DNA of 63,871 nt, filler included, from Choristocarpus tenellus KU-1152 (GCA_964200185.2; 7 parts of 7 records of this genome joined end to end with filler, not necessarily neighbours in it); one strand, 5' to 3'; positions 42,110-55,873 are shown, counted from the first letter of the whole stretch. Notes: generated by a model not told the origin, from the sequence alone. Program-made: numbers and translations.

Positions 42110-45100
42110 ATGAGGTTCCTATGGCGGCATGTGGCCCGACGACCATCGCTCTTAGGTATCCTGACTTTGGGCATCGTAGCCACACCTTGGGGTGTGTGGG
42201 CCTTCTTGCCACCCGGGCAGGCGTTCAAGATGCCACCGAATTATGCATCCAGAGTTCGTTTCAGACATGAATCCAGAGCTTGGATGCAGGCTCATCCTCA
42301 GATCGGCGGAGAAGGCGATGTTGGCGTTGGGCGTACAAATGGCGAGGAGCGTGGTTCGTCTGTGCATCCAGAGTCGTGGTTCCTGGGGGATGGGGGATTC
42401 GCCCAGCGTCACCTTGAGGATGAGCAACGCAACGCGGAGAAGAAGGTGCATGGGAAGTAGGGTGTTGGCAAGGGCTTGGAGATCACTGAGGGCCGTTGAG
42501 TGAGATGCAGATGTCTCCGGAACGTCCTTTGTCTTCAACGCCACTGCCAACGGGAAAAGCGTTGGTGAGCACAGCGCTGCTGCTGTGCATGTTACCCCGA
42601 GAATAAGCTTTTTTACTTTAGGAAAGATGGAGCTTCCATCATCCAAGGCTTAAACACACCATTTACCACTCGTAATACCAATATACACAATTGCTGAATC
42701 GTCTCCCTCTGGTTCCCCGCACACCCACTGCAACTTGTGCATGAAGGACCAAAGGGATTTCTTCAAGGGCCGATCCCTTTCGATCACAGACCAAATGCGT
42801 GAGGCGAGCATGCTCCTTCTGGCACAGCAGAAAATGATGGCAGCACAGGAGGCTCGCGAGGTAGCTACAGAACCCCGTTTTGTGGCAGCTGCAGGGGGAT
42901 CAGCTCGTGCGCAAAGGGAAAAAACGTTTAAGGCTACCGCGCAGCGAACCCCGCATCCAGTTACGCCTGCAGCTGGGACTGGAAAACGTCCCCTCCTGAC
43001 CAAGCCTGGATCGTTGTCAGGAAAAAATCTTGGGGTGGGGGGATTGGATGAAGAACTGGAGGAGATAAGGCGGAGGGTGAGGAAAGCAGACGATGGGGAT
43101 TGTTGGAAGCATGGTGCATGTCATTTAACTCGCCTATGAATTAGATTAGGATACCTTTGTATACCTATAGCAGCAGGGCATGAGATGCAGAGACATGTTA
43201 AGTGTGATCTTTTCTTGCATAAAATCTTAATCCATCCTCACAAATCCGCCCTGGCCTGTCACCACCCCTTCTTTCCCCGTCCAGGTATGTGTTCCATTGG
43301 CTGCCCCATCTTCGCTCCTTCACGATCTTGGTATCTCCCCTGTACGTGGTCTTCTACTTCACGGCCCTCCAGGGTGTGGAAAGACCCTTCTGGCCCGGCG
43401 ACTGTCCACAGCATTGACACCACGCCCTCCCACAGTTGTGTCTGGTCCTGAGATCCTGGAGCGCTTTGTTGGGTCCTCGGAAGCTAACATCAGGGCTCTC
43501 TTTGACTATCCCCCAGATGTGGAAGGGGAGGAAGATCCAGACCTATATCAGGGGGGCGGAGCACTCCATGTGATAGTGCTGGATGAATTTGATAGCATTG
43601 GCCAGCGGAGGGGAGGTGGGGATGATGGTGGGGACAGGGTCCGCGACAGTGTTGTCAATCAGTAAGTTTTTTCTCGCTTTCCTCTTCCATAATACTTCCT
43701 ATTTTAACTGTTGGATATATAATGGAGGTCTACCCTTCCCCTTGCCTCCCTCTTCTCGTTTTTGTGTGCTGTTTCCACAGTGAAGTAGTGAGGGCATATG
43801 GTTGATGGGAGTCCCACATATGCTTCCATGTTGGTGTGGCATTTGTTGTATCCTCAATTACTGTATTGATATTGAAGCAATTCAAGAGGGCACATGTACA
43901 CAAGTGCATGCTCACCTATGCCTCCATTTTGCAGGACTGCGATAGCACCATCTCCTATCAATCAACGGTAGCCTGTGGGTGTTCATTTTACCACTTAGTG
44001 ATTCAAGGATAAGAGATTCCTGTCTGAAAAAGGTTGCTGCAGTTAGATAACAATGCAAAGGTTGTTGTGTTTCTTGTATGAGGCTTTGTCAAGCATACCC
44101 CACATATACTAGCAACATAGGCAAGCACAACATGCTTGCATTATGGATTAAGGTTCATGCGGGAAATCGAGGTTCCCTCTTCCCCCTGCCCCTTCCCATC
44201 AGGAGTATCACATTGTGATATTTTTTTCGCCTTCCTACTGACTTGTTCCACCTCAGGCTGTTGGCACGCATGGATGGCTTCCAGGAGCTGGAGCAGCCAA
44301 CACTTCTGGTGGCCTTGACAAATCGCATCGATCTCCTTGATCCAGCCCTCCTTCGCCCAGGGCGTTTTGAGGTTCAGGTCTGTGTGTGTGGTGAGGTCTT
44401 TTGATTGGTGTGTTTAACTCCACTGATATGCTTCCTGGGGAGGAGAGTAGGGTAAAGAGAGGTTGAATACATATTTTTGTGACCGGCGAAGGTATCACTG
44501 ATCGTACCTTTGCTTGACATTCTGAGATTGAGCTTATTACATAACTTTGGTATTGTTGTTTTGCACCGTGCATGCTTTGCGATTTGTGTCTCACTTGGTA
44601 ATGTATGAGACGTCTGAAATGTGATCCAGGTTTCGTTCTTTCCTTAGTGCTTTGGGAGGTGTGATGTTCCTTCTGAAATCTTGTTGACAAGTCCGCGTTC
44701 TGATTTGATGTGCTTTTATGCATGGAGCATACAATATAAGAACCAGAGCCTACTCAAACTGGGCACTGTCCTTGCCGACCAATGAAATACACAAGAAGAG
44801 AAGTGATATGGTCGGGGAACCCCCATTTTTTTGTGCCTTATTGGAAATATCACCAACAAACATGCTCTGCGCGGTCTGGGCCTGAAGTGATTGACTTCTT
44901 CCCTCTAAGTCTTGGTACTCCCTGAGCTGTATTGGTGCTGGTGCCGCACAATCAAACACCCACCTGGGTTATATACAAGATGGAGGCACGGTGGATCCCC
45001 CTTCCTCCCAACACTACCGACCCCTCCTGCAATATGTATCGCTTTGCCATTTTTAAGTGATATCGATCTCCTCCTTCAAAAAATCCACAATCAATCGTTC

Positions 45101-45586
45101 AGCTGCGTATTGGGGGCCCAGACCGTGGCGGCCGAGAGGACATCCTCCGCATACACACCAAGCGCATGTATGAGGCAAGTCGCCTTGCCCTCCCAACTCC
45201 TGAGGGTGGTGAGGGTGACAGTAGAGAGGGAAGTGATGGCAGCTCGGTGAGGGACTCCTTGAGCCCGTACGATGAGCTGATGTCGTCACTAGCTGGGGTC
45301 ACGCCGGGGTTTACAGGGGCAGAACTTGCTGGAGTTGTTCGGGCAGCGGCATCCTATGCGCTTGAAAGAGCAGTGGCAGGCAGTGATGTTGAGGGGAGTG
45401 GGGAGTGTCTTGTGGATGCAGAGGACTTCGGTAGGGGTCTTGCTGATGTTATGAGGTCCAGGCCAGATGCTGGCACGGGAGTCTCCTCTGGATTGCTAGG
45501 CGCGGATGTTGCTCAGGGTTCAGCTGTGACCCCGGCCACTGTTGCCAGGGTAGAGGGGAATGATGTGACTGAGGTGGGAGTAGGAG
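42110..45586 (+). CDS. NSF: NSF/Sec18-like (vesicle-fusing) AAA+ ATPase with N-terminal signal/transit-like presequence; 3' end lost at linker
   Basis: Exons 42110-42445, 42747-43076, 43285-43661, 44257-44377 and 45103->45586. Motifs: [15 protein letters not shown], Walker [32 protein letters not shown], Walker [64 protein letters not shown]. All are closest to the NSF D1 pattern. Confidence 0.85.
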
Positions 45587-45686
45587 NNNNNNNNNNNNNN
45601 NNNNNNNNNNNNNNNNNNNNNNNNNNNNNNTTAATTAATTAANNNNNNNNNNNNNNNNNNNNNNNNNNNNNNNNNNNNNNNNNNNN
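45587..45686. other. artificial contig linker
   Basis: Same 100-bp linker. Confidence 0.97.
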
Positions 45687-46918
45687 GTTGTTGGATGGTG
45701 AGGGGGGGTGGGCTTAGACAGTGCAAGGAGGATGGTTGGGGGTAGGTGGTGGGGGGTATGGGTCGAGGAGGGGGGGGGGAGCTCTTGACTGTTTGGAGCT
45801 GGGGGGAAAAATATAGTTTCTGCTGATGATTGACACCTGGCAATACTGTAGTAAGAGATAATGTGCAAAGGCATTAACTGCCTGTTTAGCACATTCAGCC
45901 TATCAAGAGCTTGCATTTGCCCTACATCCTCCAAACCCCCTCAATGTTTGCGCGCTATCATTATTATTACTATTGTGGCTATTATTATTGCTGCTAATAT
46001 TCCCATTATATTATCATGTTATCGCCACTGTTGTTAGAAAGCTTGATATTGTATTGGTTTGTTGGTATCAGTGTCTTGTGGTGATTGGCACTGCTTCAGA
46101 AAGTGCCATCGATTCCGTCGATTGGCGGAGAACACAATGCCCTCCAGGCACTGAGAAGAGGAGAAGAAAACATTATCTACACGTGTTTTGGTTGTTTTAC
46201 TTCAAAGCAACGAGTCTTTGCAGCCCACTGAACACAATTGGTGTGAAAGTGGGGATCTGGATGTTCTGGAATGTAAAATGTAAAATGGAAACCCACACTG
46301 TTTGAAAGGGTTGATTGCCATACACCTACATGCAATGACATGTCAAGAGCGGGGTTTTTTGAGCCACATTGCTGTCTCGAGCGACTGATGGGTGTGCTGC
46401 ACAAAATAAAAGAAGAAAGGACTGTCACCTCATTTTATACAATTGTGGTATCAGAATGTGTAAAGATTCCTCACTCCCCTTCCACCTCCACCAAAGAAGT
46501 CCTTCTCTTCTGGGCAAGGACGTTTACGGAGCTAACATCGTCCTGTCATGGTTCATAGCTCTGTTCCGATATACATCCTTGTAGACCATACTTGATATAG
46601 GACATGCACTTTGTGCATGTTTTATCTCCTGTAGATAGTGTGTTCAGCTCAAACACCGCAGTGTGTCCATATATATATATACATACATATTTTTTATTTT
46701 TTGTAACTGCCTTCCAGGTTACAAAAATAGGACCCCCCCCCCCCCCCCCCCCCACCCCCAGCCTCTGTATTTTTTTTTTTTATTTTTTTTTTTTTTTTTG
46801 TTTTTNNNNNNNNNNCCCCCCTCCCCCAAGTGAATGGTTCTTAATTGGATTTACATTTTTGTTTCTTCTGTGTAGTCAGTGTTACGCTATCTTCAAACTG
46901 GCTCTTTTAGGAATGACT

Positions 46919-47250
46919 TCAAGGCGGTACCTTGATCTGAACAGATTCAACGCATATTATTTCCGTAGGGGGATTTCGAAGAACAATAAATATATGTTCT
47001 GGTTCCCCATGCGCATCATCTTTGCCACAATAGTATTTGAGTTGACGCATGCCAACCTGCACCAGAACGGTACGTTTTTGTTGTTGTTGTTGTTGTTGGT
47101 ACTCATATTCCTGAACGGGATCATCGCCTTCGAAGGAGATTGGGTTATACTGCTTGGGAGGTGTGTCATGGTATGGCCATGTGATAGACTGTCGGCGGTA
47201 TATATGGGTGTAATTAGTTGTACCGTTGGTGGTATATGTTGTAGTGTCAT
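46919..47250 (-). CDS. possible coding exon of unknown protein (polyQ tract)
   Basis: An open frame with protein-like composition (YEYQQQQQQQKRTVLVQVGMRQLKYYCG...). No family recognised. Confidence 0.2.
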
Positions 47251-47930
47251 ATACCGCTCTGCTGAGTACCTGTTCTTCGGTTGGTCGGTCGGCAGAAATC
47301 ACGAATTTTACAGAATTTTTTCAGAATTTTCCAGGTTTTGGTCGGTGGCCTGCTGCTGCTAAAGACTCCCCCCCCCCCCCCCCTCCCACCCACCCGCCGG
47401 GGAGAAAGCATCGGTGAAAAAAAATTTTTTTCTTTCGGGGGAAAATTGTTCTTTTTTAAGTGGTGAAAACATAGTTGTGAAAGTAACAAATAGATCAGTG
47501 TGTTTGCGAGGAATGAAGTTTTATTGACGGATGGACTGTTTTATTGAACTGAGTTTCACCACAAGGGGGGGAGGTGGTTTTTGTAGGCATTTTGTAGGCA
47601 TTTTGTAGGCATTTCTTCGCTGAGAAAGTGCGCTGTAGGTGGGTACTCTACCCTTCAGAGTTTGATGATGCATGGCGTGTAGATTTATTTCTGAGTAGCG
47701 GTAGCAAATACTACTTTCAGTAATAATAATAAAAAATAATAATGATAGTGATAATAAAATGTCTAATATTTGAAACAGTGATCGCAAATATAACAGTAAT
47801 AGAAGTGACAATAACAGATGAATGTGCAGTTCTTCTCAAAAATAGCAATTATAATAAAATATACTTACTAATTGCAAAAGAAACTATTGTAATGAGTAGA
47901 AATTGTTTCCCTACCTAAGGTCCCATTATT

Positions 47931-47979
<49 letters not shown>

Positions 47980-48261
47980 GCATATGACTGTCTGTTGGGG
48001 GTAGGCCGTGTCCTCCTTGGTGATAGAAAGACTCCAGTTAGTTCATCAATATCTGCAACGTTCTATCTCCGCAGTTCTCCAAAGACGAAATTCAGAACAA
48101 TAGCGGCGATGTGTTGTTAATTATTATTAAAAAAACACACACACTATTTGTAATACAAACCGTGATAGTGTGCACAAAACTAAAAAATAGCATAACTCCC
48201 ACGGGACGAATCAGAGTAGGGGGGGGAGGGGGGGGGGGTGGGTGCAAATGTTTTTGGGTTT

Positions 48262-48361
48262 NNNNNNNNNNNNNNNNNNNNNNNNNNNNNNNNNNNNNNN
48301 NNNNNTTAATTAATTAANNNNNNNNNNNNNNNNNNNNNNNNNNNNNNNNNNNNNNNNNNNN
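48262..48361. other. artificial contig linker
   Basis: Same 100-bp linker. Confidence 0.97.
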
Positions 48362-48800
48362 AGACCGTTTTCGCAAAAAACCCATCCTCATAGTCCCGCG
48401 CCTTCCTCAATTTTGAGATTCCCCTGTTATGTGTTGCCATGTCTCCGTCCACCTCTTTGTCCACACCCTCCTCCTGCTCTTCGTCATATAACCTCCTCAC
48501 TCAAGGGTTGCTATTCTCAGTCCCAGGAGGAGCAGTGTGGTTCTGCTCCCTCAGCTCGTCTCTTCATCCTCTCCAGTCTTCTTCAGCTTCTAATTCTTTA
48601 ACCGGGCACATTCGGCAGCTTCACTTCAGGCTAGCAACTCAACCTTCGCCTTCTTCCTCTTTCGTACATTCGGGCCCTTGCATACATTCTTTCCGTACAC
48701 TCTTTCCGTACACTCTTTCCGAGTTTTTGCTTTCCCTTGATCTACCCTGCGGCAAAGTACTCGGAACCCCAATATTGATATCCCTGTGCGAGGGATCACT
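48362..48800 (-). pseudogene. decayed acidic/charged coding fragment, probably TE-derived
   Basis: One frame reads as an E/K/R-rich protein (EEQEEGVDKEVDGD...RKARDYEDGFFAK) interrupted by several stops. Confidence 0.25.
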
Positions 48801-48922
48801 TGAATTTCGTCAATGGTTTGAACTGTGTCAATCTGAGAGCGCATATTCCCCAGCTACAACATGGAAGAAGAATCCATTGCTTCAATGGAAGCCATCAGAT
48901 AAGACTATTCCCAATCTGATCA

Positions 48923-49493
48923 GAGTCAAAGTAAACGAGAGGCACCAACAGTTACACTTTAGGGATGCTGACAAAATATGTGCAAAGTTTGGATATTTTA
49001 CAAATGTGTATGATGTTACGGAAAGGTCCCTTCGGGAGCTGATCTCAGTCCAAATCCACATCCGCACGCACACACAAGTGCATTGCGCGCACGTTTCTTT
49101 GTCATTGGTGATGTTCTCACCAACATCAAATAAACAGAACTCTTGAGAATTCTAAGATCACAAAGATGTGACGTTATCTGGCGGAACTGGGATTCTCTTC
49201 AAACTTCTCCGAAGATTTGATGGCTGAGAGAGCTTTGGGTTTGCTGGAAGCATCCCATCGTGACACAACTGGTGATTATGAACACTCCCCACCACTGATT
49301 AGACCCTGCCTCACGACAACAAAGTGTTTATTGAATTGCTTCAAAAATTTTTCAAACAATACAGAAATAAACGCTCTCAACGCAAACTTAAAACTTCAAC
49401 TATAGAAAAAATGGGTAAATCGCAAAAGATTTAATAATCAGTCTTGGAATACTATATGCCCAAAACCTGGGTACCTCTCGTGTACTTTGACTC
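48923..49493. mobile_element. longer non-autonomous element with family B TIRs
   Basis: GAGTCAAAGTAAACGAGAGGCACC ... GGTACCTCTCGTGTACTTTGACTC. Confidence 0.6.
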
Positions 49494-49615
49494 TCGGTCA
49501 ATCTCCACATTGACCTCTCAACTTCTAGGCACCACTATGCAACTGGTGGAACTTCTCTGCAGGCGAAAAGTGTACCTGTGGAACGTGAGGGTTCTGATCT
49601 TTCCAACGCACCACT

Positions 49616-49866
49616 GAGTCAAAGTATATCATAGAGGGTAGAGCCGCGTCTGTTTGGGGGGCAAAATCCAATGTTGCAATTTCGATGTAATTTTTCGTAA
49701 TCGTGTTTGTTATGAAATGTTGATATCCTTCTTCTGTACACCTTTCATAACATATACATTTTACGAAACATTTCGGAGGAGGAGAATGTCATAAAACGCC
49801 TGTGGGAAGCCAAGCCCCCAGCGGACAAGCAGGGCAAAACTCATATCCTCTAAGATACTCTCACTC
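49616..49866. mobile_element. MITE family A copy
   Basis: TIRs and internal homology to family A. Confidence 0.8.
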
Positions 49867-51455
49867 CAACTCAGAATATATAAACTGTGAAGACGAATGG
49901 TGCTTTGCCATGATCTACTCTATCACAAAATCCACAGAACCTCAACTGTGCTACCCCCATTCAGGTATCACATCTATCTTGTGAACGACTTTAGCAGCAG
50001 AAAACCCCCTTGTAGCCCAGACTTTGAGAATCGCAGGGTAACGCATCAAAGAACTCGTTGCTTCATTGGACGTTGAAGTTTGACTTGATTACAGGGGACG
50101 ATTAAAGACTCCTCCTGTTAGTTGATGAGTCGTTGATCCTAGTTCCCTAGCTCAAAGAAGATACCAAAAAAGCTTGCTTCTTCCAAGTTCTTTCGAGTGA
50201 TAAAGCAATATGTGGTCACCCATCAATGAAAATCAAAAGAACAAATGGGTAGTCCACACAGATGTGGGTTCTTCATCTCCGTGGGATCCCAAAACCATAT
50301 ACTTCCACATTGCTTCAATCCTCGGGATTTTTACCTGAGTCAGACCCTAGCAAAATTGAGTATATAACCTTACAGTATCTAGTTAAACTTCCAATGCCGG
50401 AGTTGCATATTAACCTCACCGAAGCTTTTTTGATTGATAGAACGGAGTAGGGAGGTGTGTTCCAGGGTGTGAGGGTTAGGGTTAGTCACCTTCCCTGGTC
50501 TGTCCAATTCATCAAAACAGATCCATTGAGGGCAATGAGCAACTCTGACGTTGAAAGTTTAAACGGATTTTTTACAATGTAGTGAGGGGGTGAGGTAGCT
50601 CCACCGTCACCTTGCTCATAGTCTGCCCACCACACGTTCCTCTGAGGTCTCCCCTCCTATCAACAAATTTCTAACAAAAAATCGACAAAAAACGTCTGCC
50701 TGGACTAATCTACTCAATGTCAAGGAAAAATTGTTGGGGGTAGGTAGACCCCTGTTATCTGTTGGGAAGGGGATGCCAAAATGTAGCAAGTATGTGCAGG
50801 GTCATCCCCACAAGCAGATCGTGGAAAAGGAAATCAAGTCGGGGTGAGGAAGATCCACCATATAAGGATGCATCCAAACATCGGTATAATTAACAACCAG
50901 CTTCAGGTGTGACATGGCCCCTCTCTGGTCAACCAGCTCCTTTAGCTGAGGTGCTCGTAAGTTCCCCTATGTTTCTCTGTACAATTCCCACCCATTCGAG
51001 GAATGATTTCCAGGTGCTGCTTACAAAATATGTTTGCCTTCATCCTAGCACCTTCTCCTCCGTGTTCCCATTCCCTTCCTCTTCAGTCGCTCCTGTCGTC
51101 GTTGGATTCACCTACACCATCTGTGCCACATGTTAGAACAGGTGGGAGGGGGGGCAAGGGGGGCAGGTGCAAAGAAAGGTGGTGGTTTCTCTCAATTCCT
51201 CTGCACCCCAACACGATTTCAAGTTACATCTGGCGTAACTATTGTTGTGGGTCAAAGGTTGAATCATTCTTGAGTGCAAATTATGTGGCTTAGAACGTTT
51301 TTTTTATTATTTTCTCGATATCAATTGAAATGGAGGCGTCTGCGAATTGCTGTGCTCCATGGACAAAGCGCGCAGTAGACACTAGATAAAAAAAAACAGA
51401 AATCATTCCTCGATCTTCAGTTTAGATCAATCTCGATTATTATTAGTTTAGCAAT

Positions 51456-51850
51456 TCAATCACTACAAATCACAACACTAGGTATAGCACACTGCAATTG
51501 CCAGCCTGAAATACTAGTGTTTTGGATGTGTTGCCTGCAGATGGTCTTGTTGTTGATACTTGTTATTCTGGGTATATTTTTTGTTTTCGTACCAGACCTG
51601 TTTGTACCACCTTGGAAGGTTTCATGAAACAGTTTAGGCACCCTTTGGTCGTTCATATTTCTCATTGTACGACTGAATTAGGAAAACTCATCGAAGGCGA
51701 GGTGAGAGCAGCACAAGAAACCAAGGTGTCCCCATTTCTTTCCGAAGCCCTTTTGGCAAGTTTCTCAAGTTATGACTCAAACGTCGGATTCTAGTCCATG
51801 ATAGAAAACCCTTCCCTTTTGAAAGTGATTGAACCAAGTGCACATTGCAA
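51456..51850 (-). mobile_element. RTE-like LINE 3' remnant
   Basis: MRNMNDQRVPKLFHETFQGGTNRSG resembles the RM.d.R.PK......gg.R..G C-terminal motif of RTE-clade LINE ORFs. Confidence 0.4.
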
Positions 51851-51962
51851 GCAAGTTGAGCGCGAGAAACTGTTAAAAAATTGTACAGCAATAATGCAGT
51901 TGTCATGGTAGAATCAACAGAAATGAGGATGGACTTATTAGCTTGGTGTAGGAATGGGATCT

Positions 51963-52221
51963 GAGTGAAAGTATCTTAGAGGGTACAAGTTTTACCCTAT
52001 TGGTCCAGTTGGGGCTTGGCTTCCCTCGGGTTTTTTTATGACATTTTCCTACTCCATAATGTTTCGGAGTAGGTAAAATATATACGTTATGAAAAGGTGT
52101 GTCCACAACAAAGATATTGACACTTCCTAACAAACACAGTAGCCAAAATTACATCAAAATCGCAACGTTGGATTTTGGCCCCCAAATGGACGCGGCTCTA
52201 CCCTCTAAGATACTTTGGCTC
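51963..52221. mobile_element. MITE family A copy, TSD ATCT
   Basis: atct|GAGTGAAAGTATCTTAGAGGGTA ... TACCCTCTAAGATACTTTGGCTC|atct. Confidence 0.88.
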
Positions 52222-53248
52222 ATCTAAACATGAAGGCATGGCGGATGCTGCCACTCCCCTCTCTCCTGTGTCTGACCTACTCACAGAAGGGATATTTTGA
52301 GCGTAATTTGAGTGGGATAAACATGTGTACTAGGCAAGATATCCCCAAGTAATTCCTTCTTAGTATCAACAAGGCTGTAGACGTGCTGCTGACCTGTACA
52401 CCACATCAGTGGTACAGAGATGTATGAACTATTGGTGGTGTCCCTTTCACCTCTATATCAATTTGTGTGCCGAGAAACTAATGTACATCACTATCATGTT
52501 ATCATTTAATCACCGCTCCACTCACAAAGACTGCAGGTGCACTCAATACTGCTGCTTGAACTGACTGTGAGGTGCTATCAGTCCAGTGAGCTTTCGAAGA
52601 AGTTTTTTGTTTGACTGAGCAAGAGGTTGTCAATCACAAGGGGCGAACCATACGTGCAGCTGGCCCTCTCTGTACCACTACTGTGGATCAAGTCTAACCT
52701 TAGAGAAACCGTTTTTCTCCTGTGAACGATTCGTGAGCAAGATCTGCCCCTCTCCCAAAATGAAGCAAGAATAATAGGGTGAATGGTCATATTTAGCACA
52801 ATTAGGTTAAAAAAAATTATAAAAAGTCAAGCATTGTGTTGCAACCATAGTGAGAGTTCACATATCAAGCGATCCTGAGAAGTTCTTCTGATGTCCTACT
52901 GTAGGTGGGGTTGATTAATATTTCATCCTAAGCGCAATGGGGTGGTAAAAAAACTACCTTCCTTGACAAGATTTTTGTTAGTTTTTTTTGTTAATGCCAT
53001 GCTCCATCTCGCATGTCAGTGCTCGCTTGTCTACCTTTTTGGTATCTCAGGTCAACTTGTGTGCACGCTGTGCAAAAAGAAAGAAGAGTTTTTTTTATCA
53101 AACTTCATGGAACCTTTCGGTGTGATACAAGATTTCTTTACGTGAAGTATAACCACTGCAGTAGGCTAGTGGACAAGAAAGCGAGGGGAGGGAGTGGGGT
53201 AGGGCATGTGAAGTCTAAGGCAAACCGTTGGGTTTGCTCTTCCCGTGT

Positions 53249-53517
53249 GAGTGAAAGTACCTTAGAGGGTAGGAGTTTTGGCCTGTTCGTCCGTTTGGGA
53301 CTTGGTTTCAAATGTTTTTTTTAATGATATTTTCCTACTCCGAAATTAATAGTCAAGTTTCGGAGTAGGTAAAATGTATATGTTACGAAAAGGTGTGTCT
53401 GGAACAAGGGTATTGACACTTCCAAACAAACATGATTGCCAAGGTTATATCAAAATCGCAACATTGGACTTTGGCCCCCAAACGGACGCGGCTCTACCCT
53501 CTAAGATACTTTGACTC
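53249..53517. mobile_element. MITE family A copy, TSD TGT
   Basis: tgt|GAGTGAAAGTACCTTAGAGGGTA ... TACCCTCTAAGATACTTTGACTC|tgt. Confidence 0.85.
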
Positions 53518-54099
53518 TGTACCATTGCCAGGCTTGCTTTTTCACCAGTGCTGCATCACTGAAAATATCTTCCATACATGGATGTGTTGAAAGCATCCAC
53601 GAACAGCAGTCTTTGCTACACAGCATAGAAATCTCTTTTTGTTCAACATAATATAATGCTATCCCTGGGATAGAACCAGGACCCTTACTCCGAACCTGTA
53701 GCTAACACCAGTAAGGACTCATAATTTGAGTGCAACAAGTCCACAAAAAACGTTCATTATTCCCCTCCCACCTCCTTTTCCCGTTTCCCACAAGAGGAGA
53801 CAGGGTCACATTCGATTCCTTGTAGATCTTCATTGGTTACTGTTGTGGAAGGGGTATCATTAAAAAAACTCATACCAACAGTCACAACGGAAAAATGGGG
53901 GGGGGTTGATATGTATTCTTGCATTGCACCGTTGGCAGGCTTTCAACAGCACAGTGATTAGGGGAAATGCCTACCCAAGGCAGAGAACGGGCCACTATTC
54001 TGGTCTATGTTCGCATGCTCACAAAGAAGCGTGGCACTTTACCAAGAAGATGTGTATGTAGAATGTGCTTTGTGAAGTTGACAGCGAAGAGTGAGACCT

Positions 54100-55260
54100 A
54101 TCCTCAAAGGGGGAGCTAGTTCCTAGTCTCCATGATCACGTTTTCACGACAAGATCTATGTATCACTGATAGAAACATCCCGAGCAGATTAAAGAAACAT
54201 TTCCTAATATGATTCTTCAACATTACTTAATCTACCGTCTTACACACATTACCTTGTTACGTACATAATTCTTCATGTGTTCTAATAACAACATTTGATG
54301 TGTACAGTACTTCTAAGCATCTCCTCATGCAAACATCCTCCCCTGCTGTGCACTCACAATGTTCTATAACAATGCAATACAGATCATAGGTTTATCCTAG
54401 CCTCACTTCAAATCCTGAAAATTCAAACCGTCAGAAATCCATTACAGTTCTCACATGATCCATGAAATTACAGAGATTGAGAGACTTGATGAGAAAATCT
54501 GCATGTTGCTTCTCAGATTCCACATGAACAACGTCTATAATTTTGTCCCTCGCTAACTGCCTGAGGATATGACGACGTACGTCTATATGCTTTGTTCTAA
54601 ATCCATTGATTGGATCTCCAGAAAGCTTTACTGCACCCTCACTATCCTCGTACATCAAGGTACAGCTGGTAGTCCTCTCCAGGTTTATAAACTCCTACAC
54701 CTGTCTTAAGAAGAGTACTACCTTAGCTGGTCACTCAAAGCCACATACTCATCTGCTGTTGTAGATAGAGCTACCACCTTCTGCATCCTAGAAAACCAAA
54801 AAAATGCTACACCTCCCATGCAAATTATTCCTCCAGATACAGACCTCTGTTGGTCCAATCCTCATTGGTTCGAGTGACACATATATTGCGTAGATCAGAA
54901 GCATAATTTTGAGCTTCAGCCCACAAATTGAGAGGCCCTTGAAGTCTGGCACAGACCATCATTGCCACGACTTTCTGAGCAATTAACCCCAATGCTCGTT
55001 CTGTGACGCCATCATATTGTGGGGTGAAAGCGCCTACGTGCTCCCAGTGGACCCCCTGCTTCCTCAGGACAGTTTGGAAAGCAGCACTCATGAACTCTCC
55101 ACCCTCATCACTTTGAATGCCGCCAATCTGCATTCCACTTGGCGCAGCCACTTTTGAGGTGAAATCCAGAAGTGCTTCTGCAGCACCATTCTTTTTCTTT
55201 TGGAATCGTATCCATTCCATCTTGTTGTAATCATCGACAAAAATCATGGAATATTAACAA
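54100..55260 (-). mobile_element. Ty1/copia retrotransposon remnant (integrase + RNase H, RT deleted; PPT and probable 3' LTR)
   Basis: Integrase MIFVDDY...IQSDEGGEF...TPQYDGVTERA. RNase H RSVSGG...WFSRMQKVVALSTTADEYVA and YEDSEGA...RTKHIDVRRH...QHADFLIKSL. Purine tract then TG near 54345-54332 on the minus strand. The LTR extent is uncertain. Confidence 0.85.
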
Positions 55261-55519
55261 TCCTTGGCCTACCCAGTTGACAAGCTTAGGATATATGGCT
55301 GGGTAAAAGGTTGACTGGCTCGGGACAAATCATCACCAATGAAGAACTCAATATAACTATTCTGGCTGGACCACCAGATGAATATGACCTTGAAAGAAGA
55401 ATGCTGCGGATGAGAGCAACAACTCTAACTCGGATGGGGATATAGCTAGGACTTGCGAACAGTCGATTTAGCTTGCACCAACTTGTGTTAACCATCTATA
55501 TCTGTCCCCTGTTGCGAAT

Positions 55520-55786
55520 GAGCCGAGGTAAACGAGAGGTGCCCTGGTCTTAGCCGTTTCTCATTTTAAGCCATATTTTTCATCCTTTTCAATTCATCCA
55601 CATTTCTATGGGCGAAGTGCTAAGATTAACTAGAGAGCGTTGATTTCTTTTTATTATTGCTTTTGAAGCTCTTCGACAGGATTCAGAAAAGTTACCATAC
55701 TCCTTTGTAAGAAAGATCCAATTTCCACAAATATTTGTCAACATTCATTAAATGCAACTCCGGGTGCCTCTAGTTTACATCGACTC
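55520..55786. mobile_element. MITE family B copy, TSD AAT
   Basis: aat|GAGCCGAGGTAAACGAGAGG ... CCTCTAGTTTACATCGACTC|aat. Confidence 0.75.
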
Positions 55787-55873
55787 AATGGTACTAGCCA
55801 TCACACACGAAATGAGAGCACTGCAGTCATTATAGTGTACTTGTCTCACCGAGCTCTACACCCTCAACTCTAT

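Noticed and set aside
46604-47362. 252-aa hydrophobic ORF
   Set aside because: It crosses Ns and homopolymers, and its hydrophobicity comes from T-runs and (TTG)n.
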